A stretch of 64,000 nucleotides of DNA from an uncultured Candidatus Saccharibacteria bacterium (lineage in GTDB: Bacteria; Patescibacteriota; Minisyncoccia; Phycocordibacterales; CSBR16-119). Of this stretch, positions 24,428 to 34,351 are shown one piece after another (within the stretch, counting starts at the first letter, position 1; each line of letters starts with the position of its first letter). The DNA lies in assembly GCA_964589975.1 (NCBI GenBank), contig CAZPVH010000001.1, forward strand, positions 164,853 to 228,852, in the 5' to 3' direction. The notes under the pieces were generated by a model that did no database searches, had not been told where the DNA came from, and saw nothing but the letters and a program-made list of their open reading frames with translations. Made by a program: the position numbers and the translations under genes.

Positions 24428-24835
24428 TTAGGTTTTCTCCAGGGCCTTATCGATGGACGCCCTCGTCTCCATGTGCGTTTTCTCCAGAAGTTGGTATGTC
24501 GCCAGGATACCTGCTTCATCAAGCTTTTCGAGACCGTGACTCCTGATGATCTTTTCGAGAGCCACCGTGGCTTCGCTTTGGGATTTCCAGAAATGGAACT
24601 CGTAACCATCTGCATGGAATTCCTTTTTGGTTCCAAAGGTCCGCTCGGTGATGGTGAAGCGAGCTTCCATATCTGTTAGCTCTTTCTTCACACCGTTCAA
24701 GGTGTAGGAGAGCATCGGTCTGGCTGGACGTATTGCCAGCATGAGAAGAGTGCAGTAGTTTCGCTTGTAAGCGCGATTGAAATCGAATTTCGGATCGAGT
24801 CTGCGAAGGTCGTCCAGGGTGACTTGGTTTTCCAT
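24428..24835 (-). CDS. Hypothetical protein
   Basis: 135 aa ORF with a terminator. Confidence 0.45.
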   Translation of the reverse strand: MENQVTLDDLRRLDPKFDFNRAYKRNYCTLLMLAIRPARPMLSYTLNGVKKELTDMEARFTITERTFGTKKEFHADGYEFHFWKSQSEATVALEKIIRSHGLEKLDEAGILATYQLLEKTHMETRASIDKALEKT

Positions 24836-24894
24836 TTTCTTTTTTCATCATAATACCCATGAATTAGAGTCTGTCAAAGCGTGCTTGATTACAA

Positions 24895-25359
24895 GTGACT
24901 ACTCATATAATGTATGCCAAAACCACTCACATGAACATTTCCAAGCAGCCGCAGGCCGCAACAGAAGCATCAGTCCGGCTCAGTACCGATCTCCAAAGAC
25001 TTGTCGATGAGCACACTCTCGAAAATGTCTCTTGGGCCCTGGAGCAAATTAGGAGGGAGCGCTCTGATGCCGCGCTTTTTCCGAAGCTTCAGGAGCTTTT
25101 GGCGGCGCTGCCCTCGGCATTACGCATCCATGTATTTTATGACGGCGACAAAGTTAGCTACTTCCGGATCCACGTAGAGGAAAGGAAGGGAACAAAGGAT
25201 CGAAGGAAAAGGAGGAAGCTTTGCTCAGCGTTAGAAAATCTCTGGCGCAAAGAGTTTTTCAGGCCGACGGGTGACATGCTCGACTTTGTGTCAAAGCCGA
25301 ATTTTGAAATGCATCGCGCGCAGATTGGCGCGACGCCGGTCGTAATCGAAAAGAAATAG
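24895..25359 (+). CDS. Hypothetical protein
   Basis: 154 aa ORF, basic C-terminus; terminator follows. Confidence 0.4.
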   Translation: MTTHIMYAKTTHMNISKQPQAATEASVRLSTDLQRLVDEHTLENVSWALEQIRRERSDAALFPKLQELLAALPSALRIHVFYDGDKVSYFRIHVEERKGTKDRRKRRKLCSALENLWRKEFFRPTGDMLDFVSKPNFEMHRAQIGATPVVIEKK

Positions 25360-25364
25360 AACTG

Positions 25365-25400
25365 AAAAGGCCCCGCGTGAACGCGGGGCCTTCTTCTTAT
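25365..25400. terminator. Bidirectional terminator
   Basis: ggccccgcgtgaacgcggggcc. Confidence 0.65.
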
Positions 25401-25732
25401 TTCATGAACTCTACCATGTAGTTGTACAGGACGCGTTTTGGTGTCCGTAATGAGGCCTCTAATTGTTTTTTTGCTTCCTCAAGTGCGTCCGTGCGAGCTC
25501 TGTTTGGTACATCTCTTCTTTTCAGGACATCTTCGAAAAGTTGGAACGCCGTGATGTACTTTTGCTCTGTCTCAACTTTAATGGCATCAAAGTTTTTGAT
25601 CGCTGCTTGGCGAGACATTTCGCCCACTTGGCCGTTCAGGCGTTCCAGATGGTCAACGAATGTGCTTCGAAGATCGTCGAGTTCCGTCCTCTTTGAGTTC
25701 TTGAGGTTGTGGAAGTATGCATCGTAGTCCAT
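25397..25732 (-). CDS. Hypothetical coiled-coil protein
   Basis: start MDYDAYFHNLK...; 1-nt gap after the upstream zinc-ribbon gene. Confidence 0.4.
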   Translation of the reverse strand: MDYDAYFHNLKNSKRTELDDLRSTFVDHLERLNGQVGEMSRQAAIKNFDAIKVETEQKYITAFQLFEDVLKRRDVPNRARTDALEEAKKQLEASLRTPKRVLYNYMVEFMK

Positions 25733-25733
25733 C

Positions 25734-26066
25734 TCATGCTCCGTTTTTCGTTCTTTCTGGCACCTGGGCCGAATCATACATCGGGGTTTTCTTGGTAAGG
25801 CCGTCCCAGATAGAGATATCGAACGGACTCTTGCATTCCGAACAGTGGAAGGAGGTGAGCATTTTCCCGGGTTCTCCAATCGGCTTCGGCTCGGTGGCCA
25901 CAGTCGCCTCTTGAGGCAATTCCGGCTTTGTCGCTCCGGCGCATTCTATCTTTGCAGCATGGTCCTTGCGAACCAGCGTGTGCCCGTTGCAATGATGACA
26001 TTGGAAAAAGTACGTGGTGGTGCGCTCGACGAAGAAGGTAACTTCGTGTGTGAGAGTATCGTTCAT
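25734..26066 (-). CDS. Zinc-ribbon protein (two CxxC pairs)
   Basis: QCHHCNGH ... HCSECKSPF. Confidence 0.45.
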   Translation of the reverse strand: MNDTLTHEVTFFVERTTTYFFQCHHCNGHTLVRKDHAAKIECAGATKPELPQEATVATEPKPIGEPGKMLTSFHCSECKSPFDISIWDGLTKKTPMYDSAQVPERTKNGA

Positions 26067-26177
26067 GGTGCTGGTTTTTCGTGATATTTACATTATTAGG
26101 GTCATTTGTCAATGTGTTCATTCGGAGATCGGCGTATAATAGATATACCGAAAGATTATCAGAATAATTCAAAATAT

Positions 26178-26510
26178 ATGGCACTAATAATTGGAATCAT
26201 CTTGGGCGCGGGTGTTGTCATCTTCGCTCTGCAAAATGTTCAGACGGTCATGGTTACGTTCTTGGGGTGGGGATTTGAAGGATCGGTGGCCTTGATAGTA
26301 ATCTTGGCGCTACTCGCCGGTATTATCATCAGCTGGCTTATGGCTATCCCGTCATTTATTAGAGGAATGATGAATGAATCAAAACTTCGGGGACATAACG
26401 ACGCTCTCCACAGAGAGCTGGAAGTCCACAAACAGAAATTGGCCGAGACCGAGGGTAAACTTGCCGAGGCAGAGAATAAACCGGACCAAGTCATCATTAC
26501 GAAAATCTAA
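26178..26510 (+). CDS. LapA-like (DUF1049) inner-membrane protein with a C-terminal coiled coil
   Basis: MALIIGIILGAGVVIFALQNVQTV... two TM helices then a coiled coil. Confidence 0.5.
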   Translation: MALIIGIILGAGVVIFALQNVQTVMVTFLGWGFEGSVALIVILALLAGIIISWLMAIPSFIRGMMNESKLRGHNDALHRELEVHKQKLAETEGKLAEAENKPDQVIITKI

Positions 26511-26578
26511 AATAAGGAAAATAACAGGTCCTTTACATTCTTACCGTTTTTCGTTACGTTGAAGTAAAAGGACCATAC

Positions 26579-26980
26579 ATGGGAGATCTCGGAATGAATA
26601 CACGCGTGATCCAGGTGGAGCAGCTGCAAAGTCTGCCTATCTGGGAGTCACTCGACAAAGGTCGTGGGCGTGTCGCTCTCTGGCTAAAGCTGGGATCATC
26701 GAATGCTTCTTGGCAGCTGGTCAGGTTCGATATAACACCCGACACGAAATTCCACCAAGTCGCGGCGCTCTCATCTGAGATCACGCTCACGCTCGGAAAT
26801 GTCGGCCTGCAAGTCGAATCCGAAAGCCTGGTTGCTATCGGCAAGTTGCATGAGAACCAGCAACACTGGGGACTCGCCATACTCTTGGCTAATCCAACAA
26901 GTCCAACGGGGTTCCTCAGGGAGAACTTGCCTAAGCGCGGAAATCCCTATGACGTGCTTCGCCGACACCTGGGCTGCTAA
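26579..26980 (+). CDS. Hypothetical protein
   Basis: 133 aa ORF with a terminator. Confidence 0.4.
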   Translation: MGDLGMNTRVIQVEQLQSLPIWESLDKGRGRVALWLKLGSSNASWQLVRFDITPDTKFHQVAALSSEITLTLGNVGLQVESESLVAIGKLHENQQHWGLAILLANPTSPTGFLRENLPKRGNPYDVLRRHLGC

Positions 26981-26989
26981 TAAAAAGTA

Positions 26990-27017
26990 ATCGCCTCCAT
27001 GCGGGGCGATTTCTTTT
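26990..27017 (+). terminator. Intrinsic terminator
   Basis: atcgcctccatgcggggcgat plus ttctttttgg. Confidence 0.6.
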
Positions 27018-27030
27018 TGGATAAAAGAAG

Positions 27031-27056
27031 AGCGCCACCCCTGGTGGGGTGGCGCT
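27031..27056 (-). terminator. Intrinsic terminator
   Basis: agcgccacccctggtggggtggcgct. Confidence 0.6.
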
Positions 27057-27075
27057 TGCCGATTGACTTCTTCGC

Positions 27076-27363
27076 TTAGTGGCGGTTACGAACGCGACGG
27101 TTGCGGCGGTCACCGCACTTCGAACCCTTGGCACGGTTCTTGGCGCGTTTGCGGTCCGCTTTGCTCGTGCCGACACCGTGTTTGCGCTTCTTCTTGCATT
27201 GCTTGAAGTGCTTCCGCTTTTTGGGTCCGAGTTCCAGTGTCAGGGAACCGCTCATGTCCGAGCGAAGCTCGGTATTCGCTGAGTGAAGGATCAGGTCGTT
27301 GGCTTCGGCTTTTGCAGGCTTTCCGAGGCAGAGCAGGAGTATCGAAAGGACGATGGCTTTCAT
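27076..27363 (-). CDS. Small secreted basic protein
   Basis: signal peptide MKAIVLSILLLCLGKPAKA; Lys/Arg-rich C-terminus. Confidence 0.4.
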   Translation of the reverse strand: MKAIVLSILLLCLGKPAKAEANDLILHSANTELRSDMSGSLTLELGPKKRKHFKQCKKKRKHGVGTSKADRKRAKNRAKGSKCGDRRNRRVRNRH

Positions 27364-27483
27364 GCGTATTGGGTTTTTAAGGTTATTTATATATTACCAT
27401 AATAAGTATATTTTGTCAAGTAAAGAGTTTTTGGCACTTTTCCATATTGCTTAGGCCATAAAATTGGCTATAATCCTTCTTAT

Positions 27484-27630
27484 ATGACTAAAAGATCAAG
27501 CGTAGATATCCGGCCGCAGAACGCCAATCCACGAAAGACGAAGAAGCGTCTTGCCGTGAAGAAGGCTATGCTGGCTGACCGCGCAGCAAAAAAAGCTGCC
27601 GCTAAGCGAAAAGCTTGGAAGAAAAAATAA
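27484..27630 (+). CDS. Small highly basic protein (48 aa), leaderless
   Basis: MTKRSSVDIRPQNANPRKTKKRLAVKK...; promoter TTGCTT-N16-TATAAT with the ATG 12 nt after the -10; terminator follows. Confidence 0.35.
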   Translation: MTKRSSVDIRPQNANPRKTKKRLAVKKAMLADRAAKKAAAKRKAWKKK

Positions 27631-27642
27631 TAGAAAAAGTTT

Positions 27643-27668
27643 AAGCCCCGCACACGTGTGCGGGGCTT
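27643..27668. terminator. Bidirectional terminator
   Basis: aagccccgcacacgtgtgcggggctt. Confidence 0.65.
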
Positions 27669-27676
27669 CAGCTTCT

Positions 27677-28003
27677 TTATGGGTGATCGGGGATATGGTG
27701 CTTGATGCGGAAGTTCTCCAGGTCGCGTTGCAGACGCTTCAGGGTTGCCTGATAAGCGGCTTCGATCATGTCATCCATGTCTTTGCCGGCATAATCCTTG
27801 AGCTGGCGATCCCGCATGTTCTTGGCGTCTTTCATTCCTTTGGCGGTGTCGGCCCGGAGTTCCTTGTAGTCACGTTCCACGAGCGAATTCGTGTGACGCT
27901 GGAGGTAACCGGCGAACTGTTCAAGAGTCCGTTCGAGCAAATTGACGTATTCGGCGGTAGATCTTGTCGTTTCTTCTTGTAGGGCAGTGTTGGATGGGTG
28001 CAT
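27677..28003 (-). CDS. Hypothetical protein
   Basis: 108 aa charged helical ORF. Confidence 0.4.
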   Translation of the reverse strand: MHPSNTALQEETTRSTAEYVNLLERTLEQFAGYLQRHTNSLVERDYKELRADTAKGMKDAKNMRDRQLKDYAGKDMDDMIEAAYQATLKRLQRDLENFRIKHHIPDHP

Positions 28004-28099
28004 GGATTTCGTTTTTTCTTATAATACCCTCTAATGTTTTTTTGTCAAATATGTCGTTCTAGAATACAATTAATTTATTAGAGCTAACAAACTTCTTTC

Positions 28100-29017
28100 A
28101 TGAAAAATATAATCTGGGGAATAGCGGGAATTGCACTTATCGTCATCATCATAATCCTCTCAGGTAAAAATAATTCCGCCGCGCCAACACCGAGCAATTT
28201 GAATCCGGACGGCATGGAGACAAGCGGACTGATGCCGCGGCTTACTTCTAATGTTTGGGTTTGGCAGAAGACGGCTTATGAGGACGGCAGCTCCATGACA
28301 CCGAATCATCCCGGGGCTTTTACAGTGCAGTTCATGACCGATGGCACGGTTACAGGCACGACTGACTGCAACGACTGGGGCAGCAAGTTTACTTTGGGTG
28401 AGGATGGGACAATTCGTCTCGAATCAATTGTTAGCACTTTGAAGTTCTGTGAGTATTCCGAGGAGTCGCCGTATTTCTCTAGCATTGGCGGCGCCGATAA
28501 AATTAATTTTGCCGAGAATGGCGATTTATTGCTCACGATTGAGATTGATAATGTTGGCCCCATCGCCACTATGACTTTTTCTTCGGCGGACGCGCCGTCC
28601 GAGTCGGGTGATTGGAACAGCACAACGAGCGGCGGTAAAACTTTTAAGTATCCGGCAAGTCTCGGGACGAAGTACATAAGTCTGACAGATTGGCCGCCTG
28701 TTCTGAATATTACTAATGAGGCCTTCTCTTGTTTTCAGGCGGGAGCGGAGATAGAGCGCGCCGGGGAGACAAAAACAGAAGTCATCAATGGCCATACCTA
28801 TTGTGTAACGCGTGTGAGCGAAGGCGCTGCTGGAAGCATGTATACGCAGTACGCGTACGCGAGAGCGGCCGGATCAAAAACGGAAATCCTGATTTTTACT
28901 CTCCGCTTTGTTCAGTGTGGAAATTATAATGAGCCTGAAATGTCTAAATGCCAATCCGAAAGGAACGCATTCGATATTGGTCCGGCAGTAGATAAGATTT
29001 TCCAAACAGTTAAATAA
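28100..29017 (+). CDS. Secreted protein with a META (HslJ-like, DUF306) domain
   Basis: N-terminal TM anchor; W.WQK...DG...G...DCNDWGSKFTLGEDGTI...LKFCE pattern. Confidence 0.55.
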   Translation: MKNIIWGIAGIALIVIIIILSGKNNSAAPTPSNLNPDGMETSGLMPRLTSNVWVWQKTAYEDGSSMTPNHPGAFTVQFMTDGTVTGTTDCNDWGSKFTLGEDGTIRLESIVSTLKFCEYSEESPYFSSIGGADKINFAENGDLLLTIEIDNVGPIATMTFSSADAPSESGDWNSTTSGGKTFKYPASLGTKYISLTDWPPVLNITNEAFSCFQAGAEIERAGETKTEVINGHTYCVTRVSEGAAGSMYTQYAYARAAGSKTEILIFTLRFVQCGNYNEPEMSKCQSERNAFDIGPAVDKIFQTVK

Positions 29018-29055
29018 CTATAGATAGATCAAAAATTGTGGTAGTCTCTAGACCT

Positions 29056-30540
29056 ATGTCAAAAGACGAGACAATCCTCCGTTTCGAAGAAGTCAGTTTC
29101 GAATACGGCCCCTTGAAGCCTATCCTCGACGAGGTGTCATTTTCTGTGCGCCGCGGCATGAAGCTGACTATCATGGGTCAGAACGGCGCAGGGAAGTCGA
29201 CACTCTTTAGTCTCATCACCGGCGAATCCGAACCGAACTCCGGGGTTATAAATATTACAAATGGCACGACCATTGCCATCGCTCGCCAGGTCATCCCGCG
29301 GGATCAGATGGACATGACGGTGCGAGAATTTTTCCAGAACTGTTTTAAGGAAAAGATCTATGATATTGATCCGCGAATAGACGAAGTCTTGGAGATCGTG
29401 CATTTGAAAGGCCATGAGAAAGTTCACGATCGCGTTATCAAAACTTTTTCAGGTGGTCAGCAGGCGCGTATATTACTCGCTTCCGCGCTCATTCAGGAAC
29501 CGGATATATTGCTTCTCGACGAGCCGACGAATAATTTAGATAAAGCGGGAATCGAGCACCTGACTAAATTCCTAGTTGACTATAGAAAAACGTGTCTGGT
29601 AATTTCTCATGATGCCGAATTTTTGAATTATTTTACAGATGGCGTCCTTTATCTTGACGTACATACAAAAAAGATTGAGCGTTATGTCGGAAATTATTAT
29701 GACGTCGTGAAAGACATAAGCGCGCGAGTCGAAAAAGAAAATATAAAGAATGCCCGGCTTGGGAAAATTATTCAAGCCAAGAAAGATCAAGCAAATGTCT
29801 TCGCGCACAAGGGTGGGAATCTTCGTGCGGTGGCCAAAAGGATGCGTGACCTAGCTGCCGATTTAGAAGAAGAGCTTGTTGATGTTCGTAAGGAAGACAA
29901 GACAATTAAGTCGTTTACGATTCCGTTCCAAGGAGAAGGACTTATTGGTGACCTGATAATTTTTGATAGTGTCTCAGTGATTCACAACCATAAGCCCAAA
30001 ATCAAGAAAGTTAATATTAAGCTGAAGAAAAACCAGCACCTATTACTCAGGGGTCCAAATGGTATAGGTAAGTCAACACTACTTGAAAGCATTGCGAGAG
30101 GCACTGCGGGCGGAATGCGGCTGGGAGATGGTGTCCGTATTGGATATTATCGTCAGGACTTCTCGACGCTAAATTTCAGTCAAACAGTGTACGAATCTCT
30201 AAAAGACGGCATGGCTGTAGCAAACATGCCGCTAAATGATGAGCGTTTGCGGGCAACGGCCGCGGGGTTTCTGATCACCAGCGACGTGATAAATACAAAA
30301 ATTGGCAGTTTGTCAGAGGGGCAAAAGGGTTTGGTTGCCTTCGCGAGGCTTGTTTTAGAGCGACCGGGACTCCTTATACTGGATGAGCCCACAAATCACA
30401 TAAATTTTCGTCACCTGCCGATAATTGCTGAGGCGCTTGATAAATTTGAGGGCGCAATGATATTGGTCTCCCACGTGCCAGATTTCGTTAATCTGATTCG
30501 AATTGATGAAATTCTAGATCTAGACAAAAAATCTTCTTAG
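29056..30540 (+). CDS. ABC-F family ATPase (tandem ABC domains, no TMD)
   Basis: two Walker A sites (GQNGAGKST; GPNGIGKST), two signature motifs (FSGGQQ; LSEGQKG) and a linker. Confidence 0.85.
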   Translation: MSKDETILRFEEVSFEYGPLKPILDEVSFSVRRGMKLTIMGQNGAGKSTLFSLITGESEPNSGVINITNGTTIAIARQVIPRDQMDMTVREFFQNCFKEKIYDIDPRIDEVLEIVHLKGHEKVHDRVIKTFSGGQQARILLASALIQEPDILLLDEPTNNLDKAGIEHLTKFLVDYRKTCLVISHDAEFLNYFTDGVLYLDVHTKKIERYVGNYYDVVKDISARVEKENIKNARLGKIIQAKKDQANVFAHKGGNLRAVAKRMRDLAADLEEELVDVRKEDKTIKSFTIPFQGEGLIGDLIIFDSVSVIHNHKPKIKKVNIKLKKNQHLLLRGPNGIGKSTLLESIARGTAGGMRLGDGVRIGYYRQDFSTLNFSQTVYESLKDGMAVANMPLNDERLRATAAGFLITSDVINTKIGSLSEGQKGLVAFARLVLERPGLLILDEPTNHINFRHLPIIAEALDKFEGAMILVSHVPDFVNLIRIDEILDLDKKSS

Positions 30541-30576
30541 TTTCTTCAGATTTTCCAAATGTGGTAAAATACAGAC

Positions 30577-31113
30577 ATGGAAAATTCAAACACAAAAACT
30601 TGGCAGATAATCCTGGGATTAATTATAGTAGCAGTCATAGCTTATTTATTGGTTAAGGCACCAGACCCTGTTGCGCAACAGCCAAACTCTGAAGAGCCTG
30701 TCGTAGAAACTGACCCTTTTGATGATCCAAATGTTAAGGCCGAACAGCTTTGCTACATCTGGAATACCGAAGCAGGAGACAGGGCCCAGCTCTCAATGGA
30801 TATCAGGGGTGGTGAAGTTATAGGGGAATTTAATTGGCTGCCGGCAGAAAAAGATAAAAAGACCGGCGTATTTGTTGGTAATGTAACAGGTAGTGCTGGG
30901 GAGAGGATGGTAAATGCCTGGTGGGAAGCAAGCGGGGAAGGCATGACCAACCAAGAACAAATAATTATTAAGTTTGGAAACGGTATCGCGGCAGTCGGAT
31001 TTGGTGAGATGAAGCAATTGGCGGATGGACGATGGGCGTACGCAGATCAGAATAATCTTTCGTTCGCGCCCAATCTTTCTGAAACAGATTGTGGGGACAG
31101 TGCAATGGATTAG
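30577..31113 (+). CDS. Hypothetical membrane-anchored protein
   Basis: N-terminal TM helix; 178 aa. Confidence 0.45.
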   Translation: MENSNTKTWQIILGLIIVAVIAYLLVKAPDPVAQQPNSEEPVVETDPFDDPNVKAEQLCYIWNTEAGDRAQLSMDIRGGEVIGEFNWLPAEKDKKTGVFVGNVTGSAGERMVNAWWEASGEGMTNQEQIIIKFGNGIAAVGFGEMKQLADGRWAYADQNNLSFAPNLSETDCGDSAMD

Positions 31114-31236
31114 TATTTACAAATTAACTTCCGCCTTCGCTTAATAAGCTACGGCGAGACAAAAATGGGAAAAGGAGATTTTAGCCAGCGCAAAGAAAAA
31201 AAGAAACCAAAGAAGCCGAAAGCATAAATTAAAAAA

Positions 31237-31263
31237 AGTCTGCCGAGTGGCAGACTTTTTTTA
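31237..31263. terminator. Bidirectional terminator
   Basis: agtctgccgagtggcagact between A- and T-runs. Confidence 0.65.
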
Positions 31264-31315
31264 AGTTATCCTCTTTGATATCAGAAATTAAGTTTGTAAA
31301 ATATAAGAGCTAGTA

Positions 31316-34300
31316 ATGTTTAAATCAATCTGGAAAAATAAAAACGGAAAAATATTCGTAGCGCTTTTTCTTACGTTCGCTTTTTTGCTACTCAGTTCCG
31401 GGTTTGCTGAGGCCGTTGCACCAACAGTTATAACTGGCGCGGCAACAAGTATCACCAAAACAAGTGCGGTATTGGCGGGGTCCATTGCAAATAATGGCGG
31501 TGAAATCATAACCGATACCGGTTTTCAATTTGGCCTTACCGCAAGTTATGGTCAAACAATTGCTTCAACAGATAACACGACAGAATTTTCTTCCAAATTC
31601 GGTTCATTTGGTAGTGGTAATGGGCAGTTTGCAAATCCTTTTGACATAGAGTTTGATTCCGCCGGCAATATATATGTTCTAGAATTAGACAACTCTCGCG
31701 TGCAAAAATTTAACTCCGCAGGTGTCTACCAATCACAGTTCGGTACGTCCGGTGTAGGGGACGGGCAGTTTCAATTTCCAAGGGGCCTCGGCATAGATTC
31801 AGATGACAATATATATGTAGCTGATCTTGCTCGCGTCCAAAAATTTAATTCTTCTGGGGTATACCAATCACAACTTACTGGCAGCTTTACAAACCCCTAT
31901 GATGTTGGAATCGACTCCTCAGACAATGTATATGTTGTAGACACCGGAGAGCAAGAAATTGACATTTATAATTCAGCCGGGGTCTTTCAGAGCACCATTG
32001 GTGCGTCCGGTTCCGGAAATGGTGAGTTTAATGACCCAATGTTTATAGCCTTTGACTCCTTGGGAAATTTTTTTGTAACAGACTTTGGGAATCATCGTGT
32101 TCAAAAATTTAACTCCGCAGGTGTTTACCAATCACAGTTTGGTACCACCGGTAGCGGCAATGGGCAGTTCAGCTATATCCGGGGTATTGATATAAATTCA
32201 GAGGATTATATTTATGTGAGTGACATAGATACAATGCGTGTTCAAAAATTTAACTCCGCAGGAGTTTACCAATCACAGTTCGGATCACTTGGCTCTAGTG
32301 ACGGGCAGTTTAATGGACCATATGGCGTCAAGATTGATAGCCTGGATGCAATATATGTTGCTGACTCATTGAACAATCGTATTCAAAAGTTAACTGAGCA
32401 GTTTTCAGCAAGCTTGAATGCTGTAGTGCCGGCTTTGACTTGTGGTACGACCTATCACTATCGGGCATATGGAACAAACGCAAGTGGAACTAGTTATGGA
32501 AACGACGCAACTTTTACAACTTTGGCTTGCGAGGATTACTTGGTTAGAACTGGGATCGCTTCATCTATTACCGACACGACTGTATCACTTACAGGTTCTC
32601 ATGAGGGCGAGGGAAGTCTTAATATTACAAGTCGTGGGTTTGAATATGGTGCCACGACATCCTATGGACAAAGTTCAAGCGAAGCAGGAGATCTTTTTAT
32701 TGATGATTTTGGGAGTTCGGGTGGCGGTGGCGGAAATGGTAGTTTTGTTTTCTTGAATACAGCCGGTACGGATACGGATGGAAATATATATACAACTGAT
32801 CAATTTGAGGATGTTGTCCAGAAATTTGATTCAAGTGGAAATTTTGTTGATCAATATAATGTTAGTGCTCCGGCGCCTGGAGGGGTAACCATTCCCTCAT
32901 CCGTAAGGGGGGCTCCCGATGGAAAAATATATATCGTTGATTTTACAAATAGTCAGATCGTTAGATTTGATGATAACGATTTTACTAATCCGACCCTTTT
33001 TGCTGCTGGCGCAGGACTTTCATCTCCAACCGACATAGCTTTTGATAGCGGTGGTGGTATTTATGTTGCCGACTATGGAAACAATAGGATTGTTAAGCTG
33101 AATTCTTCCGGGGCAGTGGTATTAGAAATTGGAGAGGGCACTGGTTCTGGTGATGGTGAGTTTACAGGCGTTGCCTCTCTAGGAATTGATTCATCAGGAA
33201 ACATATATGCAGTTGATTCAGGAAACAACAGAATCCAGAAGTTTAATGCCTCGGGTGCATATGTCGGCCAGGTAGGAATCGCCGGGAGTGGCAATGGGGA
33301 GTTCGGTTTTTCAATGTTTTCATTTTTGTCCGTTGATGAGAACGACTATGTTTACGTAGCTGATACTTCTAATAACAGAATTCAAAAATTTAATTCGAGC
33401 TTAGTCTATCAGTCTCAGTTTGGTGTATCTGGAACAGGGAACGGGGAATTTTCTAGCCCTGCAAGTGTCGCTATAGGGGCAGATGGTTCTCTTATTGTTT
33501 CTGATTCAGGAAACAATAGAATTCAGATATTTAATGAAAATTTTAGTCGTGATATATCTGGGCTTACTTGCGGAACTACATATCACTATAGAGCAACTGC
33601 CTCCGGCCCGGATGGTACAGAGACGGGAGATGATGATACATTTACCACGTCAGCTTGTCCTGGTGGTTCAAGTGGCGGCGGCGGTTCTAGCGGAACTCAC
33701 TTTATTTGTATCGATCCTTTGGCCCTTAATTACACTAATGATCTGGCCTTCGGCAAAATAAATAACAAAATCTGTAGATATCCTAAAAAAGATACGCCAC
33801 CAAATGAACTTTCTTGCAATACGCCCATATATTTAACTCGTCCAGTAAAGTACACCTCCATCAACGATCCAGCCGATGTTAAGCTTCTTGAGAAATACTT
33901 AAACACTTACGAAGGGTACTCGCTTCCTGTGGACGGTATTTATGCCAAACCTGATTTCGATGCCGTTGTAAAATGGCAGGAAAAATACTACTCTGAAATC
34001 CTGAAGCCGTGGGGACTAGCGAAGGGCACAGGGTATGTATTCTTAACCAGTTTAAAGAAGATCAAATCTATCCACGAGGCAGAGTGTGCCAAGCAAGGAA
34101 CCGCTTCCTTAATGGATGGATGCTATCTATATGATCAAAAGCTAAAGCGCGGCGATAACAACAATTTCGTCAAATTCGCGCAAAAGGCGCTTAGGGCTTC
34201 CGGAAGTTTGGCTGGTACCGCTGACGGAAAATTTGGACCGGCGACAGAGCTTGCCGTGAAAGATTTTCAAAAGAAAAATAATCTGTATGCGGACGGTATT

Positions 34301-34351
34301 ATCGGCGCAACTACTGGTAAGAAGCTTGAAGGTGTAAAATGCAGCATATGA
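31316..34351 (+). CDS. Large surface protein: signal peptide, about 14 NHL-type beta-propeller repeats, two Fn3/Big-like modules, C-terminal peptidoglycan-binding domain
   Basis: repeats R(V/I)QKFNSAGVYQSQFG...GNG(Q/E)F; TCGTTYHYRA twice; C-terminal PG_binding_1-like ...GTADGKFGPATELAVKDFQKKNNLYADGIIGATTGKKL. Confidence 0.7.
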   Translation: MFKSIWKNKNGKIFVALFLTFAFLLLSSGFAEAVAPTVITGAATSITKTSAVLAGSIANNGGEIITDTGFQFGLTASYGQTIASTDNTTEFSSKFGSFGSGNGQFANPFDIEFDSAGNIYVLELDNSRVQKFNSAGVYQSQFGTSGVGDGQFQFPRGLGIDSDDNIYVADLARVQKFNSSGVYQSQLTGSFTNPYDVGIDSSDNVYVVDTGEQEIDIYNSAGVFQSTIGASGSGNGEFNDPMFIAFDSLGNFFVTDFGNHRVQKFNSAGVYQSQFGTTGSGNGQFSYIRGIDINSEDYIYVSDIDTMRVQKFNSAGVYQSQFGSLGSSDGQFNGPYGVKIDSLDAIYVADSLNNRIQKLTEQFSASLNAVVPALTCGTTYHYRAYGTNASGTSYGNDATFTTLACEDYLVRTGIASSITDTTVSLTGSHEGEGSLNITSRGFEYGATTSYGQSSSEAGDLFIDDFGSSGGGGGNGSFVFLNTAGTDTDGNIYTTDQFEDVVQKFDSSGNFVDQYNVSAPAPGGVTIPSSVRGAPDGKIYIVDFTNSQIVRFDDNDFTNPTLFAAGAGLSSPTDIAFDSGGGIYVADYGNNRIVKLNSSGAVVLEIGEGTGSGDGEFTGVASLGIDSSGNIYAVDSGNNRIQKFNASGAYVGQVGIAGSGNGEFGFSMFSFLSVDENDYVYVADTSNNRIQKFNSSLVYQSQFGVSGTGNGEFSSPASVAIGADGSLIVSDSGNNRIQIFNENFSRDISGLTCGTTYHYRATASGPDGTETGDDDTFTTSACPGGSSGGGGSSGTHFICIDPLALNYTNDLAFGKINNKICRYPKKDTPPNELSCNTPIYLTRPVKYTSINDPADVKLLEKYLNTYEGYSLPVDGIYAKPDFDAVVKWQEKYYSEILKPWGLAKGTGYVFLTSLKKIKSIHEAECAKQGTASLMDGCYLYDQKLKRGDNNNFVKFAQKALRASGSLAGTADGKFGPATELAVKDFQKKNNLYADGIIGATTGKKLEGVKCSI

